Source: Bacilli bacterium (GTDB taxonomy: Bacteria > Bacillota_I > Bacilli_A > RFN20 > CAG-826). From it: a stretch of DNA of 64,000 bases. Made by a program: the position numbers and the translations under genes. Positions 1-10,171 of this stretch are shown piece after piece. The stretch spans positions 738,115 to 802,114 of the forward strand of contig DAOKYO010000001.1 in the NCBI GenBank assembly GCA_035326105.1, written 5' to 3'. Within the stretch, counting starts at the first letter, position 1; the number at the start of each line of letters is the position of its first letter. The notes beneath the pieces are model-generated. The model did not search any database. It had not been told where the DNA came from and was given only the letters and a program-made list of their open reading frames with translations.

Positions 1-1
1 C

Positions 2-1204
2 TTTACACAGATGGAAAACAGTTTGATTAGCGTTCGTTCACCCGGTTTTGCCCAACTTGATTTGCTGTCGCCGAGCAAAATAAGTTATGGCAAGGAAGAT
101 GTGGTAAATGGCCAAACAATCGAGATTCAAGCCGATGAATTAATTCTGGATAAACTGGTGGTTAATGCTTGGCTAAAAGAAGGATCAATAAAAGCTGGTG
201 GTCTTAGCAAGGCGGAAGATTTGATTGGCAAGAAATTGTATTTAGCGAATAGTTATTCCTTGTCCTCATCGTTCTATGCCGGAAAGATTGCCGCGATAAG
301 CAACACCAATCAATATGTTGCCTACGTGAGTGATGATTTTATATATGATTACATACTTGGTTCTTATTCGAGTATTGTGGATTCCCGCTACGAAAGCCGC
401 TTTGTTGACATTGATAAAGTAACAGAAGTGGAAAACTATCATAATTTAAATGGTGATATTGTGCCGTTATCTTCTTTACCGGAAGGGACATCGGTTGTTC
501 CGCAGAGCTTTTACGATATGGCCAATATTAGTTCCAGTAACAAAACGGCCAATATCGATGATTTATATTTCGAAGTCGATGGTTACTATGACAATAGCGA
601 ATACTCTAAGATTATTCAGCATCAGGACACGATAGATGGCTTATACTATAAAGTGTTGGCAAACGTTTCCGGTCAGGGACTGATTGTCTATAATCGAGGA
701 AATCAACAGGCAGCGATTGAAGAGATATATCAATCCCATGGCTATAGTAACATCAGTATCTATCACCCACTTAGCGATGCGATCAGTGAGTATCGTAGCC
801 AGCAGGGTTCAACCATAAGCATTATTGGATCTTTTGGCGGAGTTTCTATTATCGTCGGGCTCATCTTCCTCTATTTTGTAATGCGCTCTTCAATGATAAG
901 AAAAATTTATGAGATTGGTGTTTATCGTTCGCTTGGTATTGCTAAAGGTGATATCCGTAAAATTTTTGACAGCGAGATCTTCTTTATTACAATTCATGGC
1001 GGGGGCGTATCATTTATTCTTAGTTCGGTATTCTTATTCGCCGCAGTGAAAGGCACCCTGGCTTCTACCTTCTTCTATCCGTGGTGGTTATTTATCGTAA
1101 CCGGCGTACTGCTCTACGCAATTAATTTTGTAATTGGGCGCTTGGCTATGGCGGGAATTCTAGGGAAATCGCCGGCGGATATAATTAAAAAACACGATAT
1201 TTAG
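2..1204 (+). CDS. FtsX-family ABC transporter permease, 5'-partial (frame is open to the window edge)
   Basis: Long extracytoplasmic region followed by a C-terminal FtsX-type TM bundle (…FVMRSSMIRKIYEIGVYRSLGIAKGDIRKIF…). No stop codon between position 2 and the first ATG at 11. A terminator follows the gene. Confidence 0.7.
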   Translation, partial: FTQMENSLISVRSPGFAQLDLLSPSKISYGKEDVVNGQTIEIQADELILDKLVVNAWLKEGSIKAGGLSKAEDLIGKKLYLANSYSLSSSFYAGKIAAISNTNQYVAYVSDDFIYDYILGSYSSIVDSRYESRFVDIDKVTEVENYHNLNGDIVPLSSLPEGTSVVPQSFYDMANISSSNKTANIDDLYFEVDGYYDNSEYSKIIQHQDTIDGLYYKVLANVSGQGLIVYNRGNQQAAIEEIYQSHGYSNISIYHPLSDAISEYRSQQGSTISIIGSFGGVSIIVGLIFLYFVMRSSMIRKIYEIGVYRSLGIAKGDIRKIFDSEIFFITIHGGGVSFILSSVFLFAAVKGTLASTFFYPWWLFIVTGVLLYAINFVIGRLAMAGILGKSPADIIKKHDI

Positions 1205-1210
1205 TGAGCA

Positions 1211-1238
1211 AAATTCCACTTCGGTGGAATTTTGTTTT
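1211..1238 (+). terminator. Intrinsic terminator
   Basis: Hairpin aaattccac-ttcg-gtggaattt followed by a T-rich run. Confidence 0.75.
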
Positions 1239-1265
1239 ATAATCTTAAGATGAGGGTATAAATAT

Positions 1266-2315
1266 ATGGATATATTTTGGAAAGTTATGCTCATTTTAGG
1301 AACAGCCGTGATGACGCTTTTTGTTTTTTTTGTTATCTATTACCTTATAATATGGACTAGTCTAAACCAAGTGTTTACCCACCGCCAAAAGCGAAATCCT
1401 AATTTGAAGTACTTTGAAGCTGGTGATTTTGCCGATTTAAACGCGGATAAAGTTGAACTAAAAAATTACGCGGGGATTACTCTTCGCGGATATCTATATT
1501 CGTTAAATGGTGAATCGGTTGATACGACCGATCTGATTGTTTTTTTCCATGGTTGGGGGATGGGACATTTAGCCTATACAAAGGAAATAAGAACCTTGGT
1601 TTTAAAAACGCATAAGCCAGTCTTAGCGATTGATTATCAGGGCTGCGATTTAAGCGATGGCAAAAAAACCGGTGGCTTTTATCATGCGTTGATTGATGCT
1701 GAAGCGATAGTTCATTTTGCTATAAGGCAATTTTCGCCCCAAACCATTCATTTAGTCGGCCATTCGTGGGGGGGATTTGTCGCTGCCAATCTTTTACGAG
1801 TGGAATCGTTTTTAGAGGTTAAGACCGTTACATTCATTTCCGCCCCTGAATCGATGGCCAAAGTGGGAAGAGCTTTTTTAAAAGGAAGTGCAACCCTTGA
1901 GCGAGTGCTAAATTTATTCGCCTGTATCCGCTATGGTAAAGTGGCCAAACTGAAGACGAGCGATTCGATTGCGTCCAGTAAAACTCCAACTTTGTTTATT
2001 CATGGAGAAAAAGACCAAGTGGTGGCATATAAATATAGCGGCCGTTTGTATTTAAACGTCAGTCAAAACAAAGATAATATCCGCCCGCTTGTCTTTCAAA
2101 ATAAGTATCATAACCCCTATTTGACGGAGGAAAGTGAAGCGGCACTTATGACGATGTTATATCGGCAGCATGAGTTAAAGAAAAATAAAAACGATCAACT
2201 GTTATCATCCTTTTACTCGTCAATTGACTATGGGCTATTGGGAAACGATGATATGATGGTATTTGAAATGATAGATAAACTAATCAAGGAGCATAGCAAT
2301 GGATCCAAGAATTGA
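1266..2315 (+). CDS. Membrane-anchored alpha/beta-fold hydrolase (esterase/lipase-like)
   Basis: N-terminal TM helix, a nucleophile elbow GHSWGG, and HG near FFHGWGMGH. Overlaps the next gene by 17 nt. Confidence 0.75.
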   Translation: MDIFWKVMLILGTAVMTLFVFFVIYYLIIWTSLNQVFTHRQKRNPNLKYFEAGDFADLNADKVELKNYAGITLRGYLYSLNGESVDTTDLIVFFHGWGMGHLAYTKEIRTLVLKTHKPVLAIDYQGCDLSDGKKTGGFYHALIDAEAIVHFAIRQFSPQTIHLVGHSWGGFVAANLLRVESFLEVKTVTFISAPESMAKVGRAFLKGSATLERVLNLFACIRYGKVAKLKTSDSIASSKTPTLFIHGEKDQVVAYKYSGRLYLNVSQNKDNIRPLVFQNKYHNPYLTEESEAALMTMLYRQHELKKNKNDQLLSSFYSSIDYGLLGNDDMMVFEMIDKLIKEHSNGSKN

Positions 2316-4728
2316 AAAAATCATATCGGAAGCAACTGTCAAAGAGAAGGTGTCTTTACTTTCCGGCCTTGATGCCTGGCATACGGTTCCGCTTTCGCGC
2401 TTTGAACTCCCGTCCATTACGATGAGTGATGGTCCTTATGGATTGCGAAAGGTAATGAATAACGTATCCGGACTGGATGTTTCTTATCCGGCCACCGCTT
2501 TCCCAACATCATCATTAATCGCTGCCAGTTGGGATGAAAAACTTATAGTCAAAATGGCTAAAGCGATGGCTTTGGAGGCTCGGGATCAAGGGGTGGATGT
2601 AATTCTCGGCCCGGGACTGAATATTAAGCGTTCGCCACTCTGTGGCCGTAATTTTGAGTATTTTAGTGAGGACCCATTTCTTTCGGGAAAGCTGGCCTCC
2701 GCATTTATTAGGGGAGTGCAGGCGGAAGGGGTCGGGGCCACGGCCAAACATTTTATCGCCAACTCTCAGGAGACGAAACGGCTATTAAATAATGCCATCA
2801 TTGATGAGCGGACGTTGAGAGAGATCTATTTACGCGCGTTTGAGATCGCCATTAAAGAGGGGAAACCCCTTTGTGTTATGAGCAGTTATAACATGGTAAA
2901 TGGTGATTACATGAGTGAGAACAAAGAAATCGTTGATGATATTTTACGGCAAGAATGGGGATACCGCGGAGTGGTCATGACCGACTGGGGGGCGATGCAC
3001 AACCCGGTGAGCGGCGTGCGCGCGGGAACGGACTTGGCTATGCCTGGGCAAAATGAACCGGATAAAGCCGTAATTAAAGCCGTCAATTCTTTCGATTTGG
3101 ATATTCAGCATGTCAACCAATCGGTTACCCGTATCGCCAATCTATCGTTTAAATTACAGGAAAATCGTCGCTCACCGATCGCAAAAGTCGATTATGATGA
3201 GCATTTTGCTGTTGCTCGAGATATTGCGAGCAATTCGATGATTTTACTAAAGAATGACGATGAAATCCTTCCCTTCAACAAAACTGATAAAGTTATTGTC
3301 ATCGGTGCTTTCGCGGAAAACAGTCGCTTCCAGGGAGCGGGAAGTTCACAAATTAATCCCTATAAACGGGATAATTTTCTTCTTGCACTTAAGGAAGAAG
3401 GAATCGAATATGAGTATTTTCCCGGGTTTTCTATCGATGGTAACAAAGAAACTGACAAGGCTCTATTTGACGAGGCGCTTGAAGCGGCGAAGACGAGCAA
3501 TCAAGTTGTGGTGATGAGCGGATTGCCCCCGACTTATGAGGCCGAAGGCGCTGATCGCGAATATCTCCGGCTTCCGGACAATCAAAATCGCCTGATTGAG
3601 GCTTTGGCCGGTGTAAATAAGCATATAGTTATTGTCATTTCGGCTGGGGCTCCGGTTGCGATGCCCTGGGTTAATGAGGTGAAATCAATTTTGATGGCTT
3701 ACCTTGCGGGCGAAGCCAGCGGTCAAGCCACGCGGGATGTGATTTTTGGCAAAGTAAATCCCTCCGGGCACCTCGCGGAAACCTTTCCTTTAATGCGCGA
3801 TGATACGCCCTCGCTTCAGTATTTCGCGGGCGTCAATCGCAACATTGAGTATCGGGAGAGTATCTTTGTTGGTTATCGTTATTACGATACGGCAAAGCGA
3901 AGTGTCCTCTTCCCCTTTGGCCATGGCCTCTCATACACAAAGTTTACCTATGATAATTTAACTATCGATGAAAAGAACCTTTCTTTGAAAGGAAAAATAA
4001 ATATTTCTTTTCAATTGACGAATATTGGGGAACGAAAAGGAAAAGAGGTTGTTCAACTTTACGGTTCACGCGTTTCTTTATCTAAACTTTTCCGAAGTCA
4101 GCGACAATTAATCGCTTTTAAAAAGATTGAGTTGGCTCCAAAGGAAAGCACGATTGTCAAGTTTTCAATTGAGGCGAGCGATTACCGTTACTGGAATACA
4201 ATTATCCATAATTGGGCAATTGAAGGCGGGCGTTATGCCGTAGAAGTCGGCTCGAGTTCACGCGACATTCATCTAAGACAAGAGTTTATAATTGAAGATG
4301 ACGGAAATGAAGTGATGGATTATCAGACGCTTGCCCCGACTTACTATAATTTAAAATCGGATGGTCACTTTGAAACCCATTTCCGCGAGTTTGAGGCAAT
4401 ATACGGCAGAAGAATTTATCATGTTTATTCCGCGACCCATCGGCCGTTTACTTTGGATAGTACGATTGACGATGCTCATAGTTACTTAATAGGTAAACTC
4501 GCTAAGAAAATAATAATTAAAGTAGCCAAAAAGATGGCGGGAGAAGACGAGATAAAAGCAAAAATGTATGTTCTGTCGGTTCTAGATACGCCGATCGGTT
4601 CATTATCCGCCCTAAGTGGAGGAATTTTATCTCATAAGCAATCTTTGGGCTTACTTGACGTAATTAATGGTCGGCTTATTCGCGGGGTTTTTCGGCTTGT
4701 AAAAAAATCGGGAAAGAGTAAATCATGA
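2299..4728 (+). CDS. Glycoside hydrolase family 3 (beta-glucosidase/beta-xylosidase-like)
   Basis: GH3 hallmarks: SDGPYGLRK, GPGLNIKRSPLCGRNFEYFSEDP, KHF, and the nucleophile region GVVMTDWGA. C-terminal GH3 and Fn3-like region. No signal peptide. Confidence 0.9.
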   Translation: MDPRIEKIISEATVKEKVSLLSGLDAWHTVPLSRFELPSITMSDGPYGLRKVMNNVSGLDVSYPATAFPTSSLIAASWDEKLIVKMAKAMALEARDQGVDVILGPGLNIKRSPLCGRNFEYFSEDPFLSGKLASAFIRGVQAEGVGATAKHFIANSQETKRLLNNAIIDERTLREIYLRAFEIAIKEGKPLCVMSSYNMVNGDYMSENKEIVDDILRQEWGYRGVVMTDWGAMHNPVSGVRAGTDLAMPGQNEPDKAVIKAVNSFDLDIQHVNQSVTRIANLSFKLQENRRSPIAKVDYDEHFAVARDIASNSMILLKNDDEILPFNKTDKVIVIGAFAENSRFQGAGSSQINPYKRDNFLLALKEEGIEYEYFPGFSIDGNKETDKALFDEALEAAKTSNQVVVMSGLPPTYEAEGADREYLRLPDNQNRLIEALAGVNKHIVIVISAGAPVAMPWVNEVKSILMAYLAGEASGQATRDVIFGKVNPSGHLAETFPLMRDDTPSLQYFAGVNRNIEYRESIFVGYRYYDTAKRSVLFPFGHGLSYTKFTYDNLTIDEKNLSLKGKINISFQLTNIGERKGKEVVQLYGSRVSLSKLFRSQRQLIAFKKIELAPKESTIVKFSIEASDYRYWNTIIHNWAIEGGRYAVEVGSSSRDIHLRQEFIIEDDGNEVMDYQTLAPTYYNLKSDGHFETHFREFEAIYGRRIYHVYSATHRPFTLDSTIDDAHSYLIGKLAKKIIIKVAKKMAGEDEIKAKMYVLSVLDTPIGSLSALSGGILSHKQSLGLLDVINGRLIRGVFRLVKKSGKSKS

Positions 4729-5582
4729 TTTTATTGCTTTTGATTAATTTTCTAACCCGTCTTGGCTTTTTCGCTCTTTTAGTCATGAGCACATTTCAGG
4801 GTTATAAGTTAAATGTTACTGCCTATGATATCAATCTAAGTGCACATTCCGGCACGGCGACAATTCTTCAGATCAGCGATTTTCATAATCGAGGATACGT
4901 CTTTGATAATGGCAATTTTTTCGATGTGATAGACGCTTATGCTTTCGATTATGTGTTTTTCACCGGGGATATTGTGGATGAAAGAACCAAAGATTTTACT
5001 CAGGTGGAGGAACTCTTTGCGCACTACGCTAATTACGAATGCTTTTATGTTACCGGCAATCATGAATTTGCGATGGACGAGGACAAGCGCATGGCGTTTT
5101 TCGCCCTTTTAAATGAATACAATATCATCCGTTTAGGACAGAATAATTGCTATCCCCTTGCGCGTTTGAGTTCCACGTATGTTATCGGAGTTGATGACCC
5201 CTATCAATATGCGGGTCAAGATATTACTCGAGAAGAAAATGATGAACTCTATTTTGCCGATCTGGAACAAGAGATGAACAATATTCCCCATGAGGCCGCG
5301 ACAATCCTTTTAGCCCACCGGCCCGAGTATTTCAAAGAATATGCCAACTATGGGGCGGATGTTATTTTTTCCGGGCATACCCACGGCGGGCAGATTAACT
5401 TTCCGGGGCGCGACGACCTTATAAATCTTGTTTCTCAGCGCCCATTTTATTCTGGAGGGATCTTCTACGAACAATCGTCAACAATGATAAATTCGCGGGG
5501 AATCGGCTATAGCACACTAAAGATTCGCTTTGGAAACGGGACGAATGCGGAAGTAACATTGACAAAGATAAGAGGGGTTTAA
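4725..5582 (+). CDS. Membrane-anchored calcineurin-like metallophosphoesterase (YkuE/YaeI-like)
   Basis: Motifs SDFH, GDIVD, GNHE and GHTHGGQ, with an N-terminal hydrophobic helix. ATGA overlap with the GH3 gene. Confidence 0.8.
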   Translation: MILLLLINFLTRLGFFALLVMSTFQGYKLNVTAYDINLSAHSGTATILQISDFHNRGYVFDNGNFFDVIDAYAFDYVFFTGDIVDERTKDFTQVEELFAHYANYECFYVTGNHEFAMDEDKRMAFFALLNEYNIIRLGQNNCYPLARLSSTYVIGVDDPYQYAGQDITREENDELYFADLEQEMNNIPHEAATILLAHRPEYFKEYANYGADVIFSGHTHGGQINFPGRDDLINLVSQRPFYSGGIFYEQSSTMINSRGIGYSTLKIRFGNGTNAEVTLTKIRGV

Positions 5583-5583
5583 G

Positions 5584-6228
5584 ATGATTATTCTTACGAG
5601 TGACGGATTATCAAGTGACGCTTTGCTTTTCGAAGCTAAATCGTATATTAAGCCGCAGGCTAAAGTGATTTTTATCACTACGGCATCGGGTATCGGTAGC
5701 CGAGACCGTTCGCTTTTTGCGGTGAAAAAAGAGTTGGCTAAATTAGGAGCCGGCTCATTTAGAAGTGATAGTTTACGGAGAAGAAAAGACTTAAATTTTC
5801 TTCTCGACTATGATGTTATTGAATTATTGGGAGGGAATCCTTTTTTGCTTTTAAAGCGGCTTAAAGAATTAAATTTTTCCGCCGTTTTGCAAGCGATACT
5901 CAGAAAAAATATTTTGCTTATCGGCTATAGCGCTGGGAGTATTGTTTTGCAAAACAGTCTACGCCTAATCGCCCGACTTAAAGAGGATGAAGGAGATATG
6001 AATGCCGATGTTCACTTGAGCGATATCAGCGGATACAAACTCATCAATGCCAGTATTGTCCCGCATTGGCAATATTTAAGCAGATGTTATCCGCACTATC
6101 GACGGATAGTAAGTTACTATGAGCATAAAGAAGAAGAAAAGGTAATAAAGCTAAATGATGGTGAAGGGATCTTTGTCAAAGGGCGAAATGACTACTACTT
6201 CGTCAAGGGAGAAAGCCGCAACAATTAA
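5584..6228 (+). CDS. Peptidase S51 / dipeptidase E-like (type 1 glutamine amidotransferase-like fold)
   Basis: LLGGNPFLLL and GYSAGSIV motifs typical of S51. The start is 1 nt after the upstream stop. Confidence 0.6.
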   Translation: MIILTSDGLSSDALLFEAKSYIKPQAKVIFITTASGIGSRDRSLFAVKKELAKLGAGSFRSDSLRRRKDLNFLLDYDVIELLGGNPFLLLKRLKELNFSAVLQAILRKNILLIGYSAGSIVLQNSLRLIARLKEDEGDMNADVHLSDISGYKLINASIVPHWQYLSRCYPHYRRIVSYYEHKEEEKVIKLNDGEGIFVKGRNDYYFVKGESRNN

Positions 6229-6266
6229 AAAAGGAAGTTTAACTGACAAGCTAAACTTCCTTTTAT
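6227..6266. terminator. Bidirectional intrinsic terminator between convergent genes
   Basis: ggaagttta (6233-6241) pairs with taaacttcc (6252-6260). An A-run lies 5' and a T-run 3'. Confidence 0.8.
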
Positions 6267-6274
6267 TTTAATGA

Positions 6275-8203
6275 CTAAATGTCTTTAAGCTGCTTTTCAA
6301 AGGTTTCGATTTGCGCATCCACTTGTAAATCCTGAAATTGATTCATATAGAGTTTATAGTAACCGGCATGTTGCCTCATCAGTTCGGCATGGCTGCCATC
6401 CTCTTTGATGACACCTTGATCCATAAGAAGAATGCGATCACTGTCGACGATGGTTGAAAGCCGATGGGCGATGATTATCGCCGTACGGCCAACTAGAACC
6501 CGCTTAATGGCTTTTTGAATAATCGCTTCGGTTTCCGTATCGATACTTGAGGTGGCTTCGTCTAAAATCATCAATTTGGGATCGCGAATAATTGCCCGTG
6601 CAAAGCTGATCAATTGTTTTTGCCCCACGGATAACTCAGCTCCGCCGTCTTGAAGAATGGTATTGTAACCATCGGGTAGGCTTTGGACATAACCATCAAG
6701 GTCAACAACTTTTGCCGCGGTAATAATCTCTTCCATCGTGGCATCGAGTTTTCCATATCGGATATTATCAGCGATTGTTCCTCCAAAAATAAATGGATTC
6801 TGCTGAACAAAGCCGATGTTAGAACGCAACCAGCCGACACTCCGATCACGATATTCAACTCCATCAATATAAATACCGCCCTCGGTTGGTTCATAGAAAC
6901 GGCAGAGCAAATTAACCGTCGTCGATTTACCGGATCCGGTTTCACCAACAATGGCGATACTTTGGCCCTGTTTGATCTTTAAATTCATCTGATGGATAAC
7001 TTCGTGTCCGGTTATATAGGAGAAACTGACATTTTTAAATTCAATATTTCCCAACATTGGCTCGTAGTTTTCCTTTTTAGGGGCAAAGACAGAACCATAT
7101 TTAGCAAGAACTTCTTCCTTATCGACGATTACGGGTTGCTCATCAATCAGGGATAACACTTTTTCGGCGCTGGCCTGGGTGGCCATGACTTCAGCAAATA
7201 GTTCAGCCCCCTCTTGAATAGGGTTATATATACTACCGACAAATCCTAGAAAAATTGTTAGAAGGCCGACATCGGCAATCCCTTGAGCGTTGGTCGGAAG
7301 AAGTTTATACCCAAACAAAATCATCGCCGCAGTGGTGAACGCCGCAATCATATTGACGGATGGTTGAAAGAAACTTTGAAAACGCATCCGTTTAAAATTC
7401 TTGGCCCGAATGTCCTCGACAATTTCTTCGGCTTCATCGTAGGTAGTACCCTCAATAGCGAGAGTCTTAATTGTCTTTGAGCCGTTAATACATTCCGCCA
7501 ACCAGCCAACAAAGCCAGAGTAAGCTGCGCGCGCCACCCGGGCCAAACGTAAAATGGTTTTTTCAAAAATCGGAGAGATAATTATAATCGCGGGCGTGGA
7601 GGCAAGAATTATCAGCGATAGACGCCAATCCATCGAAAACATAGTTACTAAGGTAATAACGATATCAAACGCCATCCAAATCATGCGAATAATGCCCCAC
7701 GATAGAATATCGCTGATGCGGCTGGTATCGTTTTGCATCCGAGCGATAAGCCAGCCGGAGGAGGTACGATCAAAATAGGAGAAACTCAATTCTTGAATGC
7801 GATGGAATGAGTCTCTTCTTAAAGCCAACATAATCTTCATGTCCAGGTAGTTGGTTAAGAAAAAGGTGAAGTAAATTACTACCGCTCGTATAAGTAATGC
7901 CGCAACCAAAAGCAACGTATATTCAACAAAAGTAAGCGATATGGTAATGCCATAGAATATAGCAGTCAGACGAAAATCAGCCAGACTGACCGGATTGAGA
8001 TTTAAGTCGGCGATGGCGGTTAAGGCCGCGCGATTCATAATAGGAGTAAAACTTGAGTCATAGAGCGAGGTAAAAAGAAGAGTGATTAAAAGCGCCGCTA
8101 AAATATACCAATACTTAAAAGAATAACGGATAATTCTTAGCCAAATCCGCGCGTTAATTTTATTTGCTATCGGCTCTTCTTCCATCGAGAATGGATTTGC
8201 CAT
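6275..8203 (-). CDS. ABC exporter, fused permease/ATPase half-transporter (heterodimer partner 2)
   Basis: 6-TM domain followed by Walker A GETGSGKST, signature LSVGQKQ, Walker B LMILDEATS and H-loop IIAHRL. Confidence 0.9.
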   Translation of the reverse strand: MANPFSMEEEPIANKINARIWLRIIRYSFKYWYILAALLITLLFTSLYDSSFTPIMNRAALTAIADLNLNPVSLADFRLTAIFYGITISLTFVEYTLLLVAALLIRAVVIYFTFFLTNYLDMKIMLALRRDSFHRIQELSFSYFDRTSSGWLIARMQNDTSRISDILSWGIIRMIWMAFDIVITLVTMFSMDWRLSLIILASTPAIIIISPIFEKTILRLARVARAAYSGFVGWLAECINGSKTIKTLAIEGTTYDEAEEIVEDIRAKNFKRMRFQSFFQPSVNMIAAFTTAAMILFGYKLLPTNAQGIADVGLLTIFLGFVGSIYNPIQEGAELFAEVMATQASAEKVLSLIDEQPVIVDKEEVLAKYGSVFAPKKENYEPMLGNIEFKNVSFSYITGHEVIHQMNLKIKQGQSIAIVGETGSGKSTTVNLLCRFYEPTEGGIYIDGVEYRDRSVGWLRSNIGFVQQNPFIFGGTIADNIRYGKLDATMEEIITAAKVVDLDGYVQSLPDGYNTILQDGGAELSVGQKQLISFARAIIRDPKLMILDEATSSIDTETEAIIQKAIKRVLVGRTAIIIAHRLSTIVDSDRILLMDQGVIKEDGSHAELMRQHAGYYKLYMNQFQDLQVDAQIETFEKQLKDI

Positions 8204-8216
8204 ATCTTACACCTCC

Positions 8217-9995
8217 TTAAATAATCCGCGTCTGAATATCATAAACGCGTTTATAGAGTCCGTCTTTATTGACTAACTCATCATGAGTACCGCATTGAGT
8301 AATGGTACCATTTTCAAAAACAATAATTCGATCAGCATCTTTTGCCGTCGCCACTCGATGCGTAACAATTACGGTAGTCGTATTTTTGGCCCTTGATTTT
8401 AAGGCACTACGAATATTGAGATCAGTTTCCGTATCGACTGCACTCAGCGAATCATCGAATATTAAAATCGGCACATCGTTAATAATTGTTCGAGCGATGG
8501 CAAGGCGCTGCTTTTGTCCGCCGGAAAGAGTGACGCCCTTTTCACCGACAGGAGTATCATAGCCTTGCTCAAAGGATAGAATAGTATTGTGAATGTCTGC
8601 GATGGTAGTCGCCCGCAAAATCTCTTTTTCGGAAGCATTCTTATTTGCCATCTTCAAATTATTGATGATGGTTTTGCTAAAGAGAAATGGTTCTTGCAAA
8701 ACAGAGGCAATATTACGCCTCAAGTATTCTTTCTGAATATCTTTTAGTTCGACACCATCAAGAAGAATATGCCCTTCGGTATAGTCGTATAAGCGAGTCA
8801 ATAAGTTAACAAACGTCGATTTTCCCGAGCCGGTTTTGCCCATAACGGCGATGGTCTCTCCGGCATGGACATGAAGATTAATATCGTGAAGAACCTCTTC
8901 GTTACCATCGGCATATTGGAATCCGGTTCCATCAAAGATAAAGTCACCTTGAATGGTGGGAGTAAGTCCGGTAGTAATATCCTCAAGCGGTTCGTTGAGA
9001 ATAAGATCCATGCGATCCATTGAAACAATTGCCTGGGCAAGGTTGGATAGGATCTGGGCGACCTGACGGACTGGCCACACAATCATTGAAGTAAAGGTGA
9101 CCGCTAAGTAGAGATCGCCGATATTCATTTTTCCTTGGGTGCCAAGGTAAATGCCGGTTAAAAGAGAAAGGACAATTTGACCAAAAACCAAAATATCCGA
9201 ACTGGCGAAGTAAAAAGAGGAAGTTTTCCGCCAGCGGATGAATTTTTTTTCATAATCGGCCAGATATTTTTCAAAATCTTCAATCTCATATTTTTCGTTA
9301 TTATAAGCCTTGACCACACGCACGGCAGATAGGTTTTCTTCAATTTTGCTTGTCATGCGTGATTCGCTGTCATCGGTTTTCCGATATCTTTTTCTTACCT
9401 CTTTAATCAAGAAAAAGGAGTAAATGGATAATACAGGAAGAATAATGATTGATGTTACGGCAATAGTTACATTGACCGTAAGCAAAATCAAGAAGGATAG
9501 AATAACAATACAGAAAGTATAGACAATCATATTAATCTGACCGATAACAAAATTGCGAAGGACTTCCTCGTCACGAGTACATGTTTGAATTAAGTCCCCG
9601 TTTTTCATCGTTTTAAGTTTAGGATAGGGAAGACGTTCAATATGATAGAAGAGTTTTAGCTGCATTTCCTTCATGATTGAAGTATTAACGGCGGCTTGAA
9701 CGATATTCTTAGAAGTTTGAATCAGCGCCATTCCGGTAGTTATTCCAATGATTGAAAGGGCAAAAATCCAAATATTCTGTCTTAAAAATTCTTGGCCGCC
9801 CAAAATATTATTCGTGATGAAAATGGCAATTTTTCCCGCTGGGGCATCACCATTTAAAACGTCGATTAGAATCTTATTTACATAGATGCTTGTTAAGGAA
9901 AAAACCACCCCTAAAAAGGTAAGAAAAAAACCGAACAAATACAGTCCGCGATGACCCTTTGTCATCTTAAACATAATTTTGGCATATCTTCCCAT
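8217..9995 (-). CDS. ABC exporter, fused permease/ATPase half-transporter (heterodimer partner 1)
   Basis: 6-TM domain followed by Walker A GKTGSGKST, signature LSGGQKQR, Walker B ILIFDDSLSAVD and H-loop IVTHR. Lies 13 nt upstream of its partner. Confidence 0.9.
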   Translation of the reverse strand: MGRYAKIMFKMTKGHRGLYLFGFFLTFLGVVFSLTSIYVNKILIDVLNGDAPAGKIAIFITNNILGGQEFLRQNIWIFALSIIGITTGMALIQTSKNIVQAAVNTSIMKEMQLKLFYHIERLPYPKLKTMKNGDLIQTCTRDEEVLRNFVIGQINMIVYTFCIVILSFLILLTVNVTIAVTSIIILPVLSIYSFFLIKEVRKRYRKTDDSESRMTSKIEENLSAVRVVKAYNNEKYEIEDFEKYLADYEKKFIRWRKTSSFYFASSDILVFGQIVLSLLTGIYLGTQGKMNIGDLYLAVTFTSMIVWPVRQVAQILSNLAQAIVSMDRMDLILNEPLEDITTGLTPTIQGDFIFDGTGFQYADGNEEVLHDINLHVHAGETIAVMGKTGSGKSTFVNLLTRLYDYTEGHILLDGVELKDIQKEYLRRNIASVLQEPFLFSKTIINNLKMANKNASEKEILRATTIADIHNTILSFEQGYDTPVGEKGVTLSGGQKQRLAIARTIINDVPILIFDDSLSAVDTETDLNIRSALKSRAKNTTTVIVTHRVATAKDADRIIVFENGTITQCGTHDELVNKDGLYKRVYDIQTRII

Positions 9996-10171
9996 AAAAT
10001 CACCTCACAGCTAATGAAACGTGTTTATTATAAACGTAAACATATAAATAAGTAAGATACAAAAGACAAAATGTATTACATAGTAATTAATATTTTTTAG
10101 TTTCTATAATAAAAGACAATTTATTGCTTTCGCTACTATGTTATAATGAAGCGATTAAGGATTGATAATAT

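Noticed and set aside
6046-6054. DnaA-box-like 9-mers (for example TTATCCGCA), considered because the gidA-gidB-parAB cluster often lies near oriC
   Set aside because: These are isolated single-mismatch hits inside coding sequence. There is no cluster of boxes, no AT-rich unwinding element, and no dnaA or dnaN nearby.
10023-10035. Perfect 6-1-6 palindrome GTTTAT-T-ATAAAC just upstream of the ABC exporter start, a possible operator
   Set aside because: It is short and AT-rich in an AT-rich intergenic region, so chance occurrence is likely. No regulator gene is nearby to support it.
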